64,000 bases of DNA from Fimbriosthenelais zetlandica. Lineage: Eukaryota. Shown one piece after another: positions 11,971 through 24,641 of the stretch; positions within the stretch are counted from its first letter, which is position 1; each line of letters starts with the position of its first letter. The stretch is from the NCBI GenBank assembly GCA_977030845.1, contig OZ365109.1:16430001-16494000 (forward strand), given 5' to 3'. The position numbers and the translations under genes were made by a program. Under the pieces are notes generated by a model that worked only from the letters and a program-made list of their open reading frames with translations, did not search any database and was not told where the DNA came from.

Positions 11971-12779
11971 AACATTTCGATCTGTCCCTGACCGTGCTAA
12001 AAGGTGGACGACGAAAACACGGCCAAAAATATCATTAATCTGTTTCAAGGTCGATAGTTGTCAATTAACGATCGTTTATTTAACATTAAGAATTATACCA
12101 GGCAATGGATCAGATACGTTTTCTCCCGCAAGAATATTAAATCCGGCAAGTTTTTTTTCTAACAGGAGGCTCGGATTCTGGAGGAACGTGACATGAAGAA
12201 TAGCTGTAGAGAAACCCCCTCCTCCCACATCTCCGACCAAGTATCAAGGGCATTCATGGTCACTTGGACTCAGTCACCCTATTCCACTTGGTTACATTGC
12301 CCATCTTGGGTGGCAACCGTTCATTACTGGTGAATGGTTAGTGCTAATGGGGGATTTTGTGTTGAAGGTGACATACTGGACACGGCCCATGTTTAGCCTA
12401 TTTTATAAGACGATTTCTTCCCAAGAAAATAGCTGTGCATATTCTTGTGGTTCGCCCCTTTAAAGGAAAAGTAATGCAAGGTATATTATATATATAGCAA
12501 TGGGATTTATAGATCTTGAAGATTATTTATGATTTAAAATAGAAGCCATTCAGCACTTTTAACTCCTACAAATTACACGGATTACACCTGATGCCTTTCC
12601 CTTTCTCAGGATTCCTACAAAATGACAGGATCAGCATAATTCTGTATGGAGCTGAGACTTTCACTTGCAACTAAAATCAGTATAATCCGTCTGTTTCAAG
12701 GAGATATCCTTCAAAGAGATGTCACTTGAGAGCTAGAAAAAAACCTTCTTTGAGTGAAGCTCTCAAAGGGAGCCTACTT

Positions 12780-13420
12780 TCTGATCTACCATCCAATTGG
12801 TTTGCGTGCGCCCATGAGCAATGACGTCAGTAGCGTCCGTTTTCAGGACGTTCCGGTCAGCCTTGTCTGCTTGGTCCTGTCAGATACACTTCACCTCTCT
12901 GCTTCCAATATATTGTGTGCGTGGGCTGAAGATAACCTGAGTTACTCTGGTGATAGTTAGTTCTTCCATATTGATTGGTTGTTGGAGCATGTTGGCTTCT
13001 TTGGTACATTGACCAGGGTGTCGTAACCTCATAGTGGCTCAGGCGGTTTGGATGTAGCCACAAAAGGCTTCCCAGCAATCTTCTTTCATTATTTTATGCA
13101 TTGTGGCTGAAGCTATTGGTCTCTTTCTGGAACATATAAAAATGTAGTGAGGACCTGTAAAGAACAAAACATTTCTGCGACAGATTCATCAGTAGAAACG
13201 CAATCCCATCTTGTTTCGCAGGGGGTCTGCTTCGCGGACCTAATTGTAAATTAATTAGCCCCGACAGAAGGTAATGCCGCCTATTCATTTGACGTTATGA
13301 ATATTTCACCATTGAGAACAGAATCTGTCTCTGTTTTTCCAATGACGTGTATTAGGTCCTTATGTAATATTTCAAGATTCCGGGATTCTTTGAATTAAGC
13401 ACTATAATTGATGAATAGTA
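12780..13420 (-). pseudogene. Decayed APE endonuclease region of a CR1/L2-type LINE
   Basis: Minus frames give IHVIGKTETDSVLNGEIF (resembling DIIGITETWL..S..D.EI) followed by a ~120-codon frame with three stops. Heavily degraded. Confidence 0.35.
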
Positions 13421-13796
13421 AAGATAAAATAATATCCCGATATTTTAATGGTTATTGGCGAAATGAATACCCGACAATTAATAATACAATGAGTTTGCTT
13501 GATTGTTGGATTTAATCTAATACTTAATTTGTTTTTAAAGCACAGTTAGGGGGGACGATTTTAATTCTCTGGTTGAGATTATTGCCCAGACCTTTGGTAA
13601 AATAAAGTGGTGTCTCATTAAAACAAAGGATAATGGATGGATGGATACAAAATAATGGATGGATGAATATGAATTTAACACAATGTCACCTGTTTAGTCT
13701 ATATGCATGGATACAATCAATATTTTGGTTCAATAATGGTCTCAGTTAAAAGCCTGTTTTTGCGCCCTCTCGCCTATAGCTTTCCACAGAAACTTA

Positions 13797-14800
13797 CAGT
13801 CACTAGACAGTGAATTAGTCCGATTTGCCAAACAGGCAGTGTATCCTATGAGAGTGGTGCATTTTCAAACACTTGCCGAATTGTAACCATTTACAATAGA
13901 GGTACCAAAATTATGATGGTTATTCATGAGCATATTAAGTCCTTATATTCTAAGTTTCAATTATATTCGCCATAGCAATGGGATATAATCGAGCACTAAT
14001 TAACAACCTCAGATTGATTCTTCGGTAGTGAAGTGGGTTTCAGTCAGAGGTCAGCCATATCACTCAGGGGGGTCAAATGACCATCAGGTTTGTTTTGCTT
14101 GTTTATCAACACTATAAGGGCACTGACAATTGTCAGAAAAAGAGATAACAGGGGGATTAAGGAAGATCACACGACTTGAAGGCAGGTCGGTGCCCAGTCA
14201 TAGGATGGGGTTTTAAATGTAAATAATCAAAAGTGTCTAAATAGGGTCTGAAAGCTATATTACTAACTGCAAAATGTGTTTAAATAATTAAACTATAGCT
14301 TTTCATTCTCGGAATGCAACCTTATAATTACATATATTGCACATAAATATCATTATTTGGTACCGTAACAGAAAGCTCTTAAATAGCCAAATAACATGAT
14401 GAGGCTGTGACCTGCTTCATGTCCTGATGGTTTCCTCAATACTATTTAGCTTTCTTTATCCTGTCAATTGTCAGTGCCCTTATACTGTTGGTAAACTAGC
14501 AAACCCAACCTGATGGTCATGTGACCCCCCTGAGTGATATTGGTTACCATGGACTGAAACCCACTTCACTACTGAAGAATCAATCTGAAGTTGTTAATTA
14601 GTGCTAGATTATATCCCATTCCGACAGTGAATATAATTAAAACTTTGAATATATGGACTTTATTCAATTATAAACGGTCATCATAATTTTGATACCTCTA
14701 TTGATAATGGTTACAATTCGGCAAGTGTTTGAATATGCACCACTCTCATAGGATACACTGCCTGTTTGGCAAATCGGACTAATTCACTGTCTAGTGACTG
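13797..14800 (+). mobile_element. 1004-bp long-TIR foldback MITE, Tc1/mariner-pogo type (family F, copy 1)
   Basis: TA|CAGTCACTAGACAGTGAATTAG...CTAATTCACTGTCTAGTGACTG|TA. Imperfect inverted arms of ~340 bp around a ~320-bp spacer. No ORF. Confidence 0.95.
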
Positions 14801-15127
14801 TATGATCTCAAATAGTGAAGATTAAAAAAAACTTTGCCCAACCAACGACCCAGTCCAGGGAAATGGAATGACGATGAATTGATTCATTTGAACATAGCTA
14901 CTTCCTGACTATTGACTCCACGCCGGAAATGACAGCAAGTTGAAACAAATTCGATCCAGGAAGACCTGTATACTGCTTTTGTGACTCAGTAAAAGTTGTT
15001 TCTATACTATTGAATGCATCCCTAGTATATAATAGCTCTCGTCCGGACTGCCTTAATTCCCCATCCCGAGTAAAATGTCCGATTTGCCGTCCTACTATTT
15101 TACAAGAAATAACGCTATACATGTATA

Positions 15128-15225
15128 AATCTCTCTCTGCCTCTCTCATTCTCTCTCTGTGCCTCCCCCCCCCCCCCCACCCCCCACCCCCCTCTCTCTC
15201 TCTCTTCCTCGCCCGCTCTCTCCAG
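15128..15225. repeat. CT-rich / poly-C low-complexity tract
   Basis: (CT)n segments around long C runs. Confidence 0.8.
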
Positions 15226-15505
15226 TTCTTATTCAGAAGGTCGACTGTGAGCCATTTTAATGTAAGGTGAATATTTATTCGAATTTATATGAATAAGTAT
15301 AGAATCACCAATTTGCAAATATCAGGGAGTCTGCGTGTAAGTTATCTATTTGAAATAGAAGTCATAATAACGAGCAATTTGAAGAAGAGAAGGGTGCTAC
15401 TTCGCTGTCATGAATATATACATGTACATGGACAGCAATGATTTTGGTGAGAAAGATGGATTTCCCTATTATCATGATACTGCAGTATTTATACGTACAT
15501 GTAGG

Positions 15506-15507
<2 letters not shown>

Positions 15508-15565
<58 letters not shown>
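15508..15565. repeat. (TA)n microsatellite, ~29 units
   Basis: Uninterrupted TA run. Confidence 0.95.
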
Positions 15566-15569
<4 letters not shown>

Positions 15570-17295
15570 TAGTTGCAACTATACTACTTTGTAAAAGTAC
15601 AAAGAGTTCGAGAGTTAGGCAATAATAAGTCTGATGTGGTGATTTTACCTCAGATGAGAAAAGGTAAATGTTTCTCCATTTTACCTTAAGTCGAGGCTGG
15701 CGTTCAATAACACATACTCAGCCCAATGTAACACTATAGGACAATAACCGGAAGATGGCGATAAACAATTATTGAACATTAATCTGGTCGCCTATACAGT
15801 TAAGTTGCAGATGAAGACATCCCAAAATCGTTGGTGGATCAAAGCCCTTAAGATCTGGCTTGCTGATCGATTGGTCACAAGAGAGATAAGCTGTACTATA
15901 AACACTTACATAGAAGTATCCTTCTGAATACTCTATCAGTTTTTATGTTCAGTAGTAAAGAATGCAATATCTCTGGCCATTAGATAACACAGGGGCACTT
16001 CGAACCAAAGTGGGTCATGTTTGTTCACAAAAACCTTTTCAATGATATTTTTCTCTGAAAAGTGTCATTTTTGTGCTATGCCCTTGTTACCCTTTTACAA
16101 ATACATTCATATCAAAATCTAGGACATGAGGAACTCAGCTGAAATGAATAAATGTACATGATGTATTCAAAGGAATGTCTTTGATAAGTTTGATAGCGGT
16201 TGTTCATCACCAGAAATTATGGTCTTTGCCTTGGCAGAAATGGGTCTAAACCTTAATCCGATAAACTGTGAAGAGCATAAGTACCCATTTTGGTTCTGAG
16301 TGTCCTCCTTGGGATACATACTCTAGGTATTGCTATATATGAAGGGTGCACTCATAGGTAAAAAGAAACTCCTCGAGGTATAGAGAGTATACATGTATAC
16401 CACAGGCTCTACTTCAGTTCCTTTTATCTGTTTCCTCAATCTTTTCAAGCAAGTACATGTCTTTATGTATTGTTTGTTCAATATTTATTTCTTCAAAATA
16501 TTTTATTCTTATTTTTCCTATAAATCTTCCACTAGAGAAATGTATTTACAGTAGTAGGATTAGTTACTTGATAAAATAATCGATCTAGTTCACATATGTA
16601 TTTCGATTTCGTATTTCGATATTGCGAAATTGCTTTGACAGTCTATGTCAGGGTATAGTTTAAACAATATTGAACAGAAAACACTTCTTAGAGATAGTCT
16701 TCCTTCCAATCTTGCATAATACTTTAATAATGGAGTGATGTGATCTTCTCACTTTATTCTCTAGAAGCAAATACTAAAAGAAATGTCAAATGTTCTTCAG
16801 AAAGATATATGACGAGATAATTTCATGCCAAGGTGACAAATTATTTCAAGTGTATGAAAGTGAAAAACCTATATAGACACAAAATTGTACATGCTTACTA
16901 CATGTCATTTCTTTTCCCTCTTGGAAACCTGGCATGCTTGGAAGTAATGTTACACAGGGGCATAACCACAGGGATTGGGGGTGGGTGAAGGGTGTGGGTT
17001 GGGGTTAGTTGGGAGGGGAAATAATAAATGAATGAATGATTTAACGCCAAGCCAGGGCCTATATTCATGGCGAAAACCATGTTTCTGTTATTATTTTTAG
17101 CTGCCAGTACGTGTACTTCATTCATAGAAAATCGGCACAATAGTGGGCCCAATAACCAACCCTGTGAGACGCCAGTTGTAATGATTATTATGTCAGATAA
17201 GGTTCCATATTAACAAAGAATTCGTGTCTAAGACATGATACATAACATCAGAACCAACTTTAAGAGAACACCAAACCAATGTTCTCAGGTTTGCT

Positions 17296-17400
17296 TAAAA
17301 ATTATGTCCTGATGAAGACTGTCAAACGCTTGCTCAGAGTCTACAAATCTGTGTAATTCCTGTTATTTTGTGAGAAGTAGAGTTATGTAACCTATATGGG
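17296..17400 (-). pseudogene. Decayed RTE-like LINE RT fragment
   Basis: Minus frame RFVDSEQAFDSLHQDIIF resembles the RTE motif FVDFEKAFDSLHR. DNA resembles 1150-1240. Confidence 0.55.
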
Positions 17401-20400
17401 CTAGTGGATGGTGTGAAGATGTGGATATGGATGATGTGATGGACTCATGAAATACACCCGGAGCCCATCCTAAGACCGGTAACGCAAGTTTTAGTAGGAA
17501 TATATATTTATTCCTGCTATAGCTTGATTACAAATGGACCACTTGAATTGATGATTAGTTCTGAGATATTTCTAGAGCCTTATAATATATTATATATATA
17601 TATGATATTGTGTCAATCTCGCATTTGTCTATGAGCTGCACATCATTGTTGTACTTAATTCTAAACTAAAAAAGAATTGAAAGACTGCATGTACGTGGAC
17701 ACTTCAAGAAAATAGAAAAGATACGAATATGATATGTTAACCTATCGGAGATGTTGAGAGCTCATTACAGCCCACGCATGCTCTTGGTAATCAACACCTT
17801 TGTTGTGCATTACTCATATTACTATTATAAAATCGCTGTACTTATCCTCAATTAAAGAAATATTATTAGTATTGAATAACGTATATCGATTGTATGGTAT
17901 CCATTTCAAGGTAACATGGTCGGTATAATATGACTTTAATTATAGGCATTGTCGCACATATTTACATGCGATGTTTGCATAATACTAATTTCTCATATGC
18001 ATAGCTCCTTTATATAATGTAAAGATAAGTACAGCTTAAGATCTGCATAATTATGTCATATAACTGTATAATTGCCTATAGTAGGGTGGATGCTGCAATG
18101 AAAATTTAATCAAAAATGACTTCAAAGACGATAAAAAAGGCATATATAGAACAAGTAGTAATAGAATTGACCAATATTATATGATGGGCTATTCGTTCAA
18201 CAAACAGAATTTCAATAATCACCCCATCTGGCTCTAATTGCACAAAACACTAAGTGCTAACCAAACACTAGTGGTCCTACCATAATTATCAATGGCAGGT
18301 GGCAGGCCGCTGTCAGTATGCAGAGTCCTGCTCTTGATATCGATGGAATGCAATTTTGTTCGGTTCTCAAGCTGATATTGGAGGCTGCAAACATTAGTAG
18401 CAAGTGATTACATGTTCATCGAAATGAGGAATCAAACGGGAATCAGTCGGGAATAAAAAGGAAAATCATGTGTCAGGATAGCTATCTAGATAGGGCTTTA
18501 ATTATTATAATGTCTTTCTTATGCAATCCATTATAATATACAGTATGTGCCCATTGGATAGAGGCTATATCGGCTATTGGGCATAATACATGTATTGGTA
18601 AAGTCGTGTACATATAGTTTTAGATTTTACGATTATGCATTGCCAAAACTGATGCCAGTGTTATAGGATGCAACGGCGCCTATATCTTACATGACAGCCC
18701 ACAAGGAATCCGCTCTACAATCCCCCATTGCTCTTAATTCTAAACGTCACTGCTAGCCCCTCTATACCCCGGGGTGGTCAGCGTTTCTTTTTATAACCTA
18801 GAGCGCTTGCCATTTGTCACAGGAATTGTGGCGTAAAAAGGCGGGAGTTTAAGGACACTGGAGGCAGGCCGGTGTTTGATGGGAAGCTTAGTTGGTTACC
18901 TTTTTAGATCAATCCTAAAAGATTTATAGATCTTGAGATGTGGTCTTGCTGGACTTGTCTAGAGTTTGGGCTAGAGACCCAGAAATTTAGAGACCAAGCA
19001 CGCATGAACTGACAGGAGCGAGGTGTGAGCTTCAGGTGCCTGTATATCAACATTCACAGCAACCATTAACAATGCTAAGTCTATGGGATTATTTTACGCT
19101 GCATGAAACGGGGCGCCTGACGGATTTATAATAATTTATAATTCTGAGTACATGGATTTTCTCTGACAATTAGCGGACTCGGAAGTCCCTTTTCTTCGAA
19201 ACAGACAACTAAACAATTTAACTTTGTCTTGTCCTTAAACTGGTAAAATAAACACTCAATATTTATGTTATCCAATTAGTAGCTGATGATGAAATATTCT
19301 GATTATAAATATTTTGCTCCCATATTATGCAAATTTCGTGTCCGATAATTGAAATGTTAAGCTATTGAGGGATGTTTATTTTGACTCGACTAGATATAAC
19401 ATATATAATATTACTGTTGCTAAATCTATACATAAACGCCACTCCTGTAACGTTAGAAAGACAAAGGATAATAATAACTTGAAGGATGAGACCGGCTGAA
19501 ATGGCCATGGAGCTATGGGGTAAAATAATAGGGGCAAAAAACTGTAGCATATCAGCCACCTATCTCAGATATATATGATAAGTCTCATTCTCAGATATAT
19601 ATGATAATGATTTCTGAGAAAGAGAAATACATTGACGTATAGCTACCAACATGTTGTAATCCCTGTACCGTACGGTACCCAAAAGTGTATTTGTGACATT
19701 TGAAATAAGCTTTATTATGCTTTGCCTTTTTCATGATTATATTCATAACAAATCCCATCATGTCAGGATCGAATCTTGGTGATATCAAATCTTTTGGTTA
19801 AGAAACTTCTGGGGTCCACTTTTTGAGTTTCCGGTCTTCATTAATGGTTGATTAGAGCTTTATTAGTGCATGTTTCATAATACTTTAGCCTATGGTAATG
19901 AAACTGACCCTGAACCATGTTTCGCTGACCATCCGTGTGGCTAATAATGCATTCCTTTAATATATAGCTTTCGCAGAAGAAACATTGTAAGTTCCGTCAA
20001 AAAAGCAATCACCAAATGTAGGATAGAGTTGGAAAGGCAACAACTTCCCCATGAAAGCAGTTATGAAAACATTCCCCCTCATTAGCATTTATATTGGTTC
20101 TCAATCTGCTTCCATGCTGTACATGCCGGAGGAACATCCAGCAATAAACCACAATTACAGGAGGAACTCCAGTAGACTAACTCCACCGTGCATTGATGCA
20201 TGAAAGTCCTCCGTGATAACCATCCTGTCTTCATCAAGTATTTATATTAGAAACCCTTGATGATTGTCATTCTATTGTTACGCTTTCACAGGTTTGAATA
20301 TGAACATTTTTAACTGTTATAATTTCTTGTAAACGTTCATTATCTAAAATATTACATGCAGAGTTTCTGTGATCTACAATGTATGGGCCACCCTGTTTCC

Positions 20401-20444
20401 CCTCATGCCCATGTCCCCTTAAGAAATAAGAAAGATAAGAAATT

Positions 20445-20835
20445 GGACAGATTTGTGGATTTCAAAAAAGCGTTTGGTACTTTCCATTAGGACATACTTT
20501 TAAGTGCAACTGAGGCTTGTTTCATAAGAAAGCTATGCTTTATTAGTCCATAGATTTAATATTGACTATTGCTTAAAATACACCTTAGCTGTTATGCATA
20601 TCATTGCGGTTCTTCCTGTCTTGTATGCCAACCATCAGTTTGCTACCATTAGTACCCGATGTATACATAACCTTCTGATAATTCCAGCTTTGCTAAAACT
20701 TCCCTTTATTGCTTCTAAAGTAATCTATTAGGTTGGACACAAAATGGTTTAATAATGACATTGTAGATCACAATTAAATGAATATTAATATTGGCGTTCC
20801 ACAGGGGGTCATTCTAGGCCCACTCCTGTTCACCT
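20445..20835 (+). pseudogene. Decayed LINE RT fragments
   Basis: RFVDFKKAFG at ~20449-20478 and GVPQGVILGPLLF at ~20793-20831. Confidence 0.6.
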
Positions 20836-22735
20836 CTCTTAACCCCATGCATCTCAAAGCATTGAGATGCACTGTGGATAGAAGGTATTATCGACTGACA
20901 GATCTCGAAAACATCACGGAGGAACTTTCGGGTAGTCGCAGACAATTCCTTAGGGGCAGCCAACTGTGGATCAGCTCTTAAAGTGCTTCCAAGATTTCTT
21001 CTCAACTATGCAGGAGTTCTTAAAACACAAGCCACATGCCAAAATGTTTTCGTTAATTAGTACATCCCAAAGGTTTCATGAATATATTATGGGTCACACA
21101 CTCAATATGCTGCATTTTGAGACAAAATTTATTAAATGGAGAGATACGAATTTCCTTTTCCACATCATGGCTTCCCCTTGACCTGAAAAAAACTTAAGCT
21201 TTTATGAAAAACAGAAGCCAAAAAAAATGGTTTTCACAAAACTGTAGTGATATACTGTGCCCTACTTATAACACTTTGAGGACCAGTGCATCAATGGTCA
21301 GTCCATAGAAATTAATACTCATGGCTAATGCCTGGCTTGGCATTGCCTGTTCACCTCATATGAAATTTATTGAAATTTATATCAATCTATGTTCTCGGAA
21401 ATGGCTTTAAATGGCTTACATAAAGTGTAAATATAAAGGTTTCATTTTAATAATTCCTGTCACAATTTGTATCAAATCCAGAGTACTAATAGTTTTCAGG
21501 TGGCTATCTTACCTTCATTGCTCACTAATATCCCATGGGGCACTCATATTCATCCCTTCCTACTTTGGCAGGATGGAAATTACATCCCTCACATATAGCC
21601 GTCAGCAATGCACTAATGTTCATTCTTTTCTATATAATGTAAACTTTGCCACCTGTTATAACTTTATTTTCCACTAAACTTTTGGCTATAAGTTATTTAA
21701 AATAGTGTGTTGGGCATCGTGGACATCCTATAATATTAATATAGTCATGCTACACTCAACAAAAAATAACCTTCCCTATGTACATGTACATAGGCAAATT
21801 CATTCCCAGCCATCTGTAAAGAAATGGGCAATTGAATCAGGCGAATAGCATTATTAATGGATGAATAGGCAAATCCCATGTTAAAGCTACCATGATCTCC
21901 GCGCTCTCTTATTGCTTCCCAATGCCCATGTGCTGATTAGTTCCAATACGACATGACCACCAATGCTCTACATTAAAAAGATTTATATGAATAATCATAT
22001 GGGCAATATAACCCGGGTGAATACCAACATTAAAGACTGGAAAGGCAAATCCTACCCTGACTCTTACCCCATGTGCTTCACACCCCGATAGACACCCTTC
22101 AAATTTATCACCTACCTGCATATACACACCTGACCGCCTGTATCAACCCCCCCCCCCCCAACTCACTCCCTCCCTCCCGCAATCCAAACGTCGCTCGCCC
22201 CCAACACCACCATGCACTTCCCAACTACAGTAAAACCTCGTCTAGCGACCACCTTGCCAACTGGACCAACTCGTTTATAAGACCACTTTTTCCCGGTCCC
22301 GAATTTTTCCCTCTATACATGTGTATTCCTATATACCAGACCCTTATCAACAAGACCACCTGACTAATGCGTATTGAGACCACTTTTCTGGGTCCCAACC
22401 ATAGAAATTGACCATATTAAAGAGACCACCCGCATGCCTGCTAATCCCGGCCTATTGTTTGAAGAGTCTGGCTTACATCTAAACAATAGAGGTGCAAATT
22501 GGCGACGCTCTGTCTGGTCTCCCTTTGTCGCCCTCATATCTAAAGACATGAGTGGAGAAGAAACATTTAATCATGTTTACCGGTGCGACCTCCGAGTAAA
22601 AAAGGTAAGATGTCCTATTACATACAAAGGTGTATGATAGTGAGTGGAAGTGACATCTTCCTGACTTCTAGTCGCGCTGGTGCGATTTCAATATAAAAAC
22701 CCCACATCATTCCTCCCCACTCTATCATCAGGTTA

Positions 22736-22830
22736 AGGAAAAGGAATGAATTCTCGCTGAGAGAGAAAGTGGAGGTCATCAAGATGAGCGCGGGGAAAAG
22801 CCAGAGAAAGCTAGCTCAACAGTTCAACAT
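22736..22830 (+). pseudogene. Remnant N-terminal HTH (CENP-B_N/psq-like) of a Tigger/pogo transposase
   Basis: Translates RKRNEFSLREKVEVIKMSAGKSQRKLAQQFNM. The frame ends shortly after and no DDD domain is seen. Confidence 0.75.
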
Positions 22831-22957
22831 GGCAGTTCAAACCCGCATAGAATATTTCTTTAAATAATATGATGTTTCTTTTATATTTAAATCACAAAGA
22901 TCGGGTACATCTATGCTGAATATAATATTATATATTTGATGTATATCCATCAACCTA

Positions 22958-23961
22958 CAGTCACTAGACAGTGAATTAGTCCGATTTGCCAAACAGGCAG
23001 TGTATCCTATGAGAGTGGTGCATTTTCAAACACTTGCCGAATTGTAACCATTTACAATAGAGGTACCAAAATTATGATGGTTATTCATGAGCATATTAAG
23101 TCCTTATATTCTAAGTTTCAATTATATTCGCCATAGCAATGGGATATAATCGAGCACTAATTAACAACCTCAGATTGATTCTTCGGTAGTGAAGTGGGTT
23201 TCAGTCAGAGGTCAGCCATATCACTCAGGGGGGTCAAATGACCATCAGGTTTGTTTTGCTTGTTTATCAACACTATAAGGGCACTGACAATTGTCAGAAA
23301 AAGAGATAACAGGGGGATTAAGGAAGATCACACGACTTGAAGGCAGGTCGGTGCCCAGTCATAGGATGGGGTTTTAAATGTAAATAATCAAAAGTGTCTA
23401 AATAGGGTCTGAAAGCTATATTACTAACTGCAAAATGTGTTTAAATAATTAAACTATAGCTTTTCATTCTCGGAATGCAACCTTATAATTACATATATTG
23501 CACATAAATATCATTATTTGGTACCGTAACAGAAAGCTCTTAAATAGCCAAATAACATGATGAGGCTGTGACCTGCTTCATGTCCTGATGGTTTCCTCAA
23601 TACTATTTAGCTTTCTTTATCCTGTCAATTGTCAGTGCCCTTATACTGTTGGTAAACTAGCAAACCCAACCTGATGGTCATGTGACCCCCCTGAGTGATA
23701 TTGGTTACCATGGACTGAAACCCACTTCACTACTGAAGAATCAATCTGAAGTTGTTAATTAGTGCTAGATTATATCCCATTCCGACAGTGAATATAATTA
23801 AAACTTTGAATATATGGACTTTATTCAATTATAAACGGTCATCATAATTTTGGTACCTCTATTGATAATGGTTACAATTCGGCAAGTGTTTGAATATGCA
23901 CCACTCTCATAGGATACACTGCCTGTTTGGCAAATCGGACTAATTCACTGTCTAGTGACTG
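22958..23961 (+). mobile_element. 1004-bp foldback MITE (family F, copy 2)
   Basis: Same termini and TA flanks as copy 1. By eye the only difference is G23853 versus A14692. Confidence 0.95.
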
Positions 23962-24574
23962 TACAATGCGAAATATGGCCTACATGTCATAATTATCTCT
24001 CTGTAATTACATGTGCAATGCATATTAATGAGATAAATGTTTTTATAATGTGATATATTTATTTATGGGGTTATTTGACTTATTTAAATACCTGCTTTCT
24101 TAGTGGACGCATTTGTCAATTAGTTTGCAATAGATTTTGTCCTTTCCTTCGCCAAAAGTGACAACCCTCGGCTGGGAAACCACCTTGTTAAAGCGACCAC
24201 TTTTATTGGGTCCGAAGGGTGGTCGCTTTATAGAGGTTTTACTGTACATTATTATGCCCTAATAGCAGACCCACTCTTCAAATATTAGCCACAGACTTAG
24301 CATTTCCTTTGAAACATTGAGGCCCAAGGTAAAGGAAAATTGGTGAAATTTTCTGAATATCAGATCTATTATGCCAAAGAGACCATGTCTCAATCCTGGG
24401 GAACATTCAGCATGTTTAATAATTATGTTCCTAACGGCCCCGATACAGTTCCTACGTCGGGGATGTTGTTGGGAACCTGTCAGTTACATTTCCCCTAGCC
24501 GACACATTTTGAACACAATTTTTGTGTCATCTATGCTATCCTGGTACAAGATACAAGCAGTTGTGACATATCAG

Positions 24575-24641
24575 GAGCCTGTTTCAAAAGTAATATTAGC
24601 AATGCTAAGTCTATGGCTAATATTCGTTTTAAAACAGGCTC
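24575..24641 (+). mobile_element. 67-bp hairpin MITE (family H, copy 2) inside a 117-bp palindrome
   Basis: Same core as 2871-2937. Flanks 24550-24574 and 24642-24666 are exact reverse complements. Confidence 0.75.

Larger units (their letters stand above)
22228..24244 (+). mobile_element. Non-autonomous Tigger/pogo-like DNA transposon, interrupted by MITE F copy 2
   Basis: TA|CAGTAAAACCTC..AGCGACCACC left end and GGTGGTCGCT..GAGGTTTTACTG|TA right end. Repeated subterminal GACCAC motifs and a remnant HTH coding segment. Confidence 0.85.

Noticed and set aside
3582-13420. APE remnant at 12.8-13.4 kb and RT at 3.6-5.2 kb as one LINE split by the satellite insertion
   Set aside because: Strand and order fit, but the APE piece is heavily decayed while the RT is intact, so their ages differ.
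17309-17330. Hammerhead ribozyme core (CTGATGA...)
   Set aside because: No GAAA and no viable stem II. The sequence is explained by antisense RT codons (AFDSLHQD).
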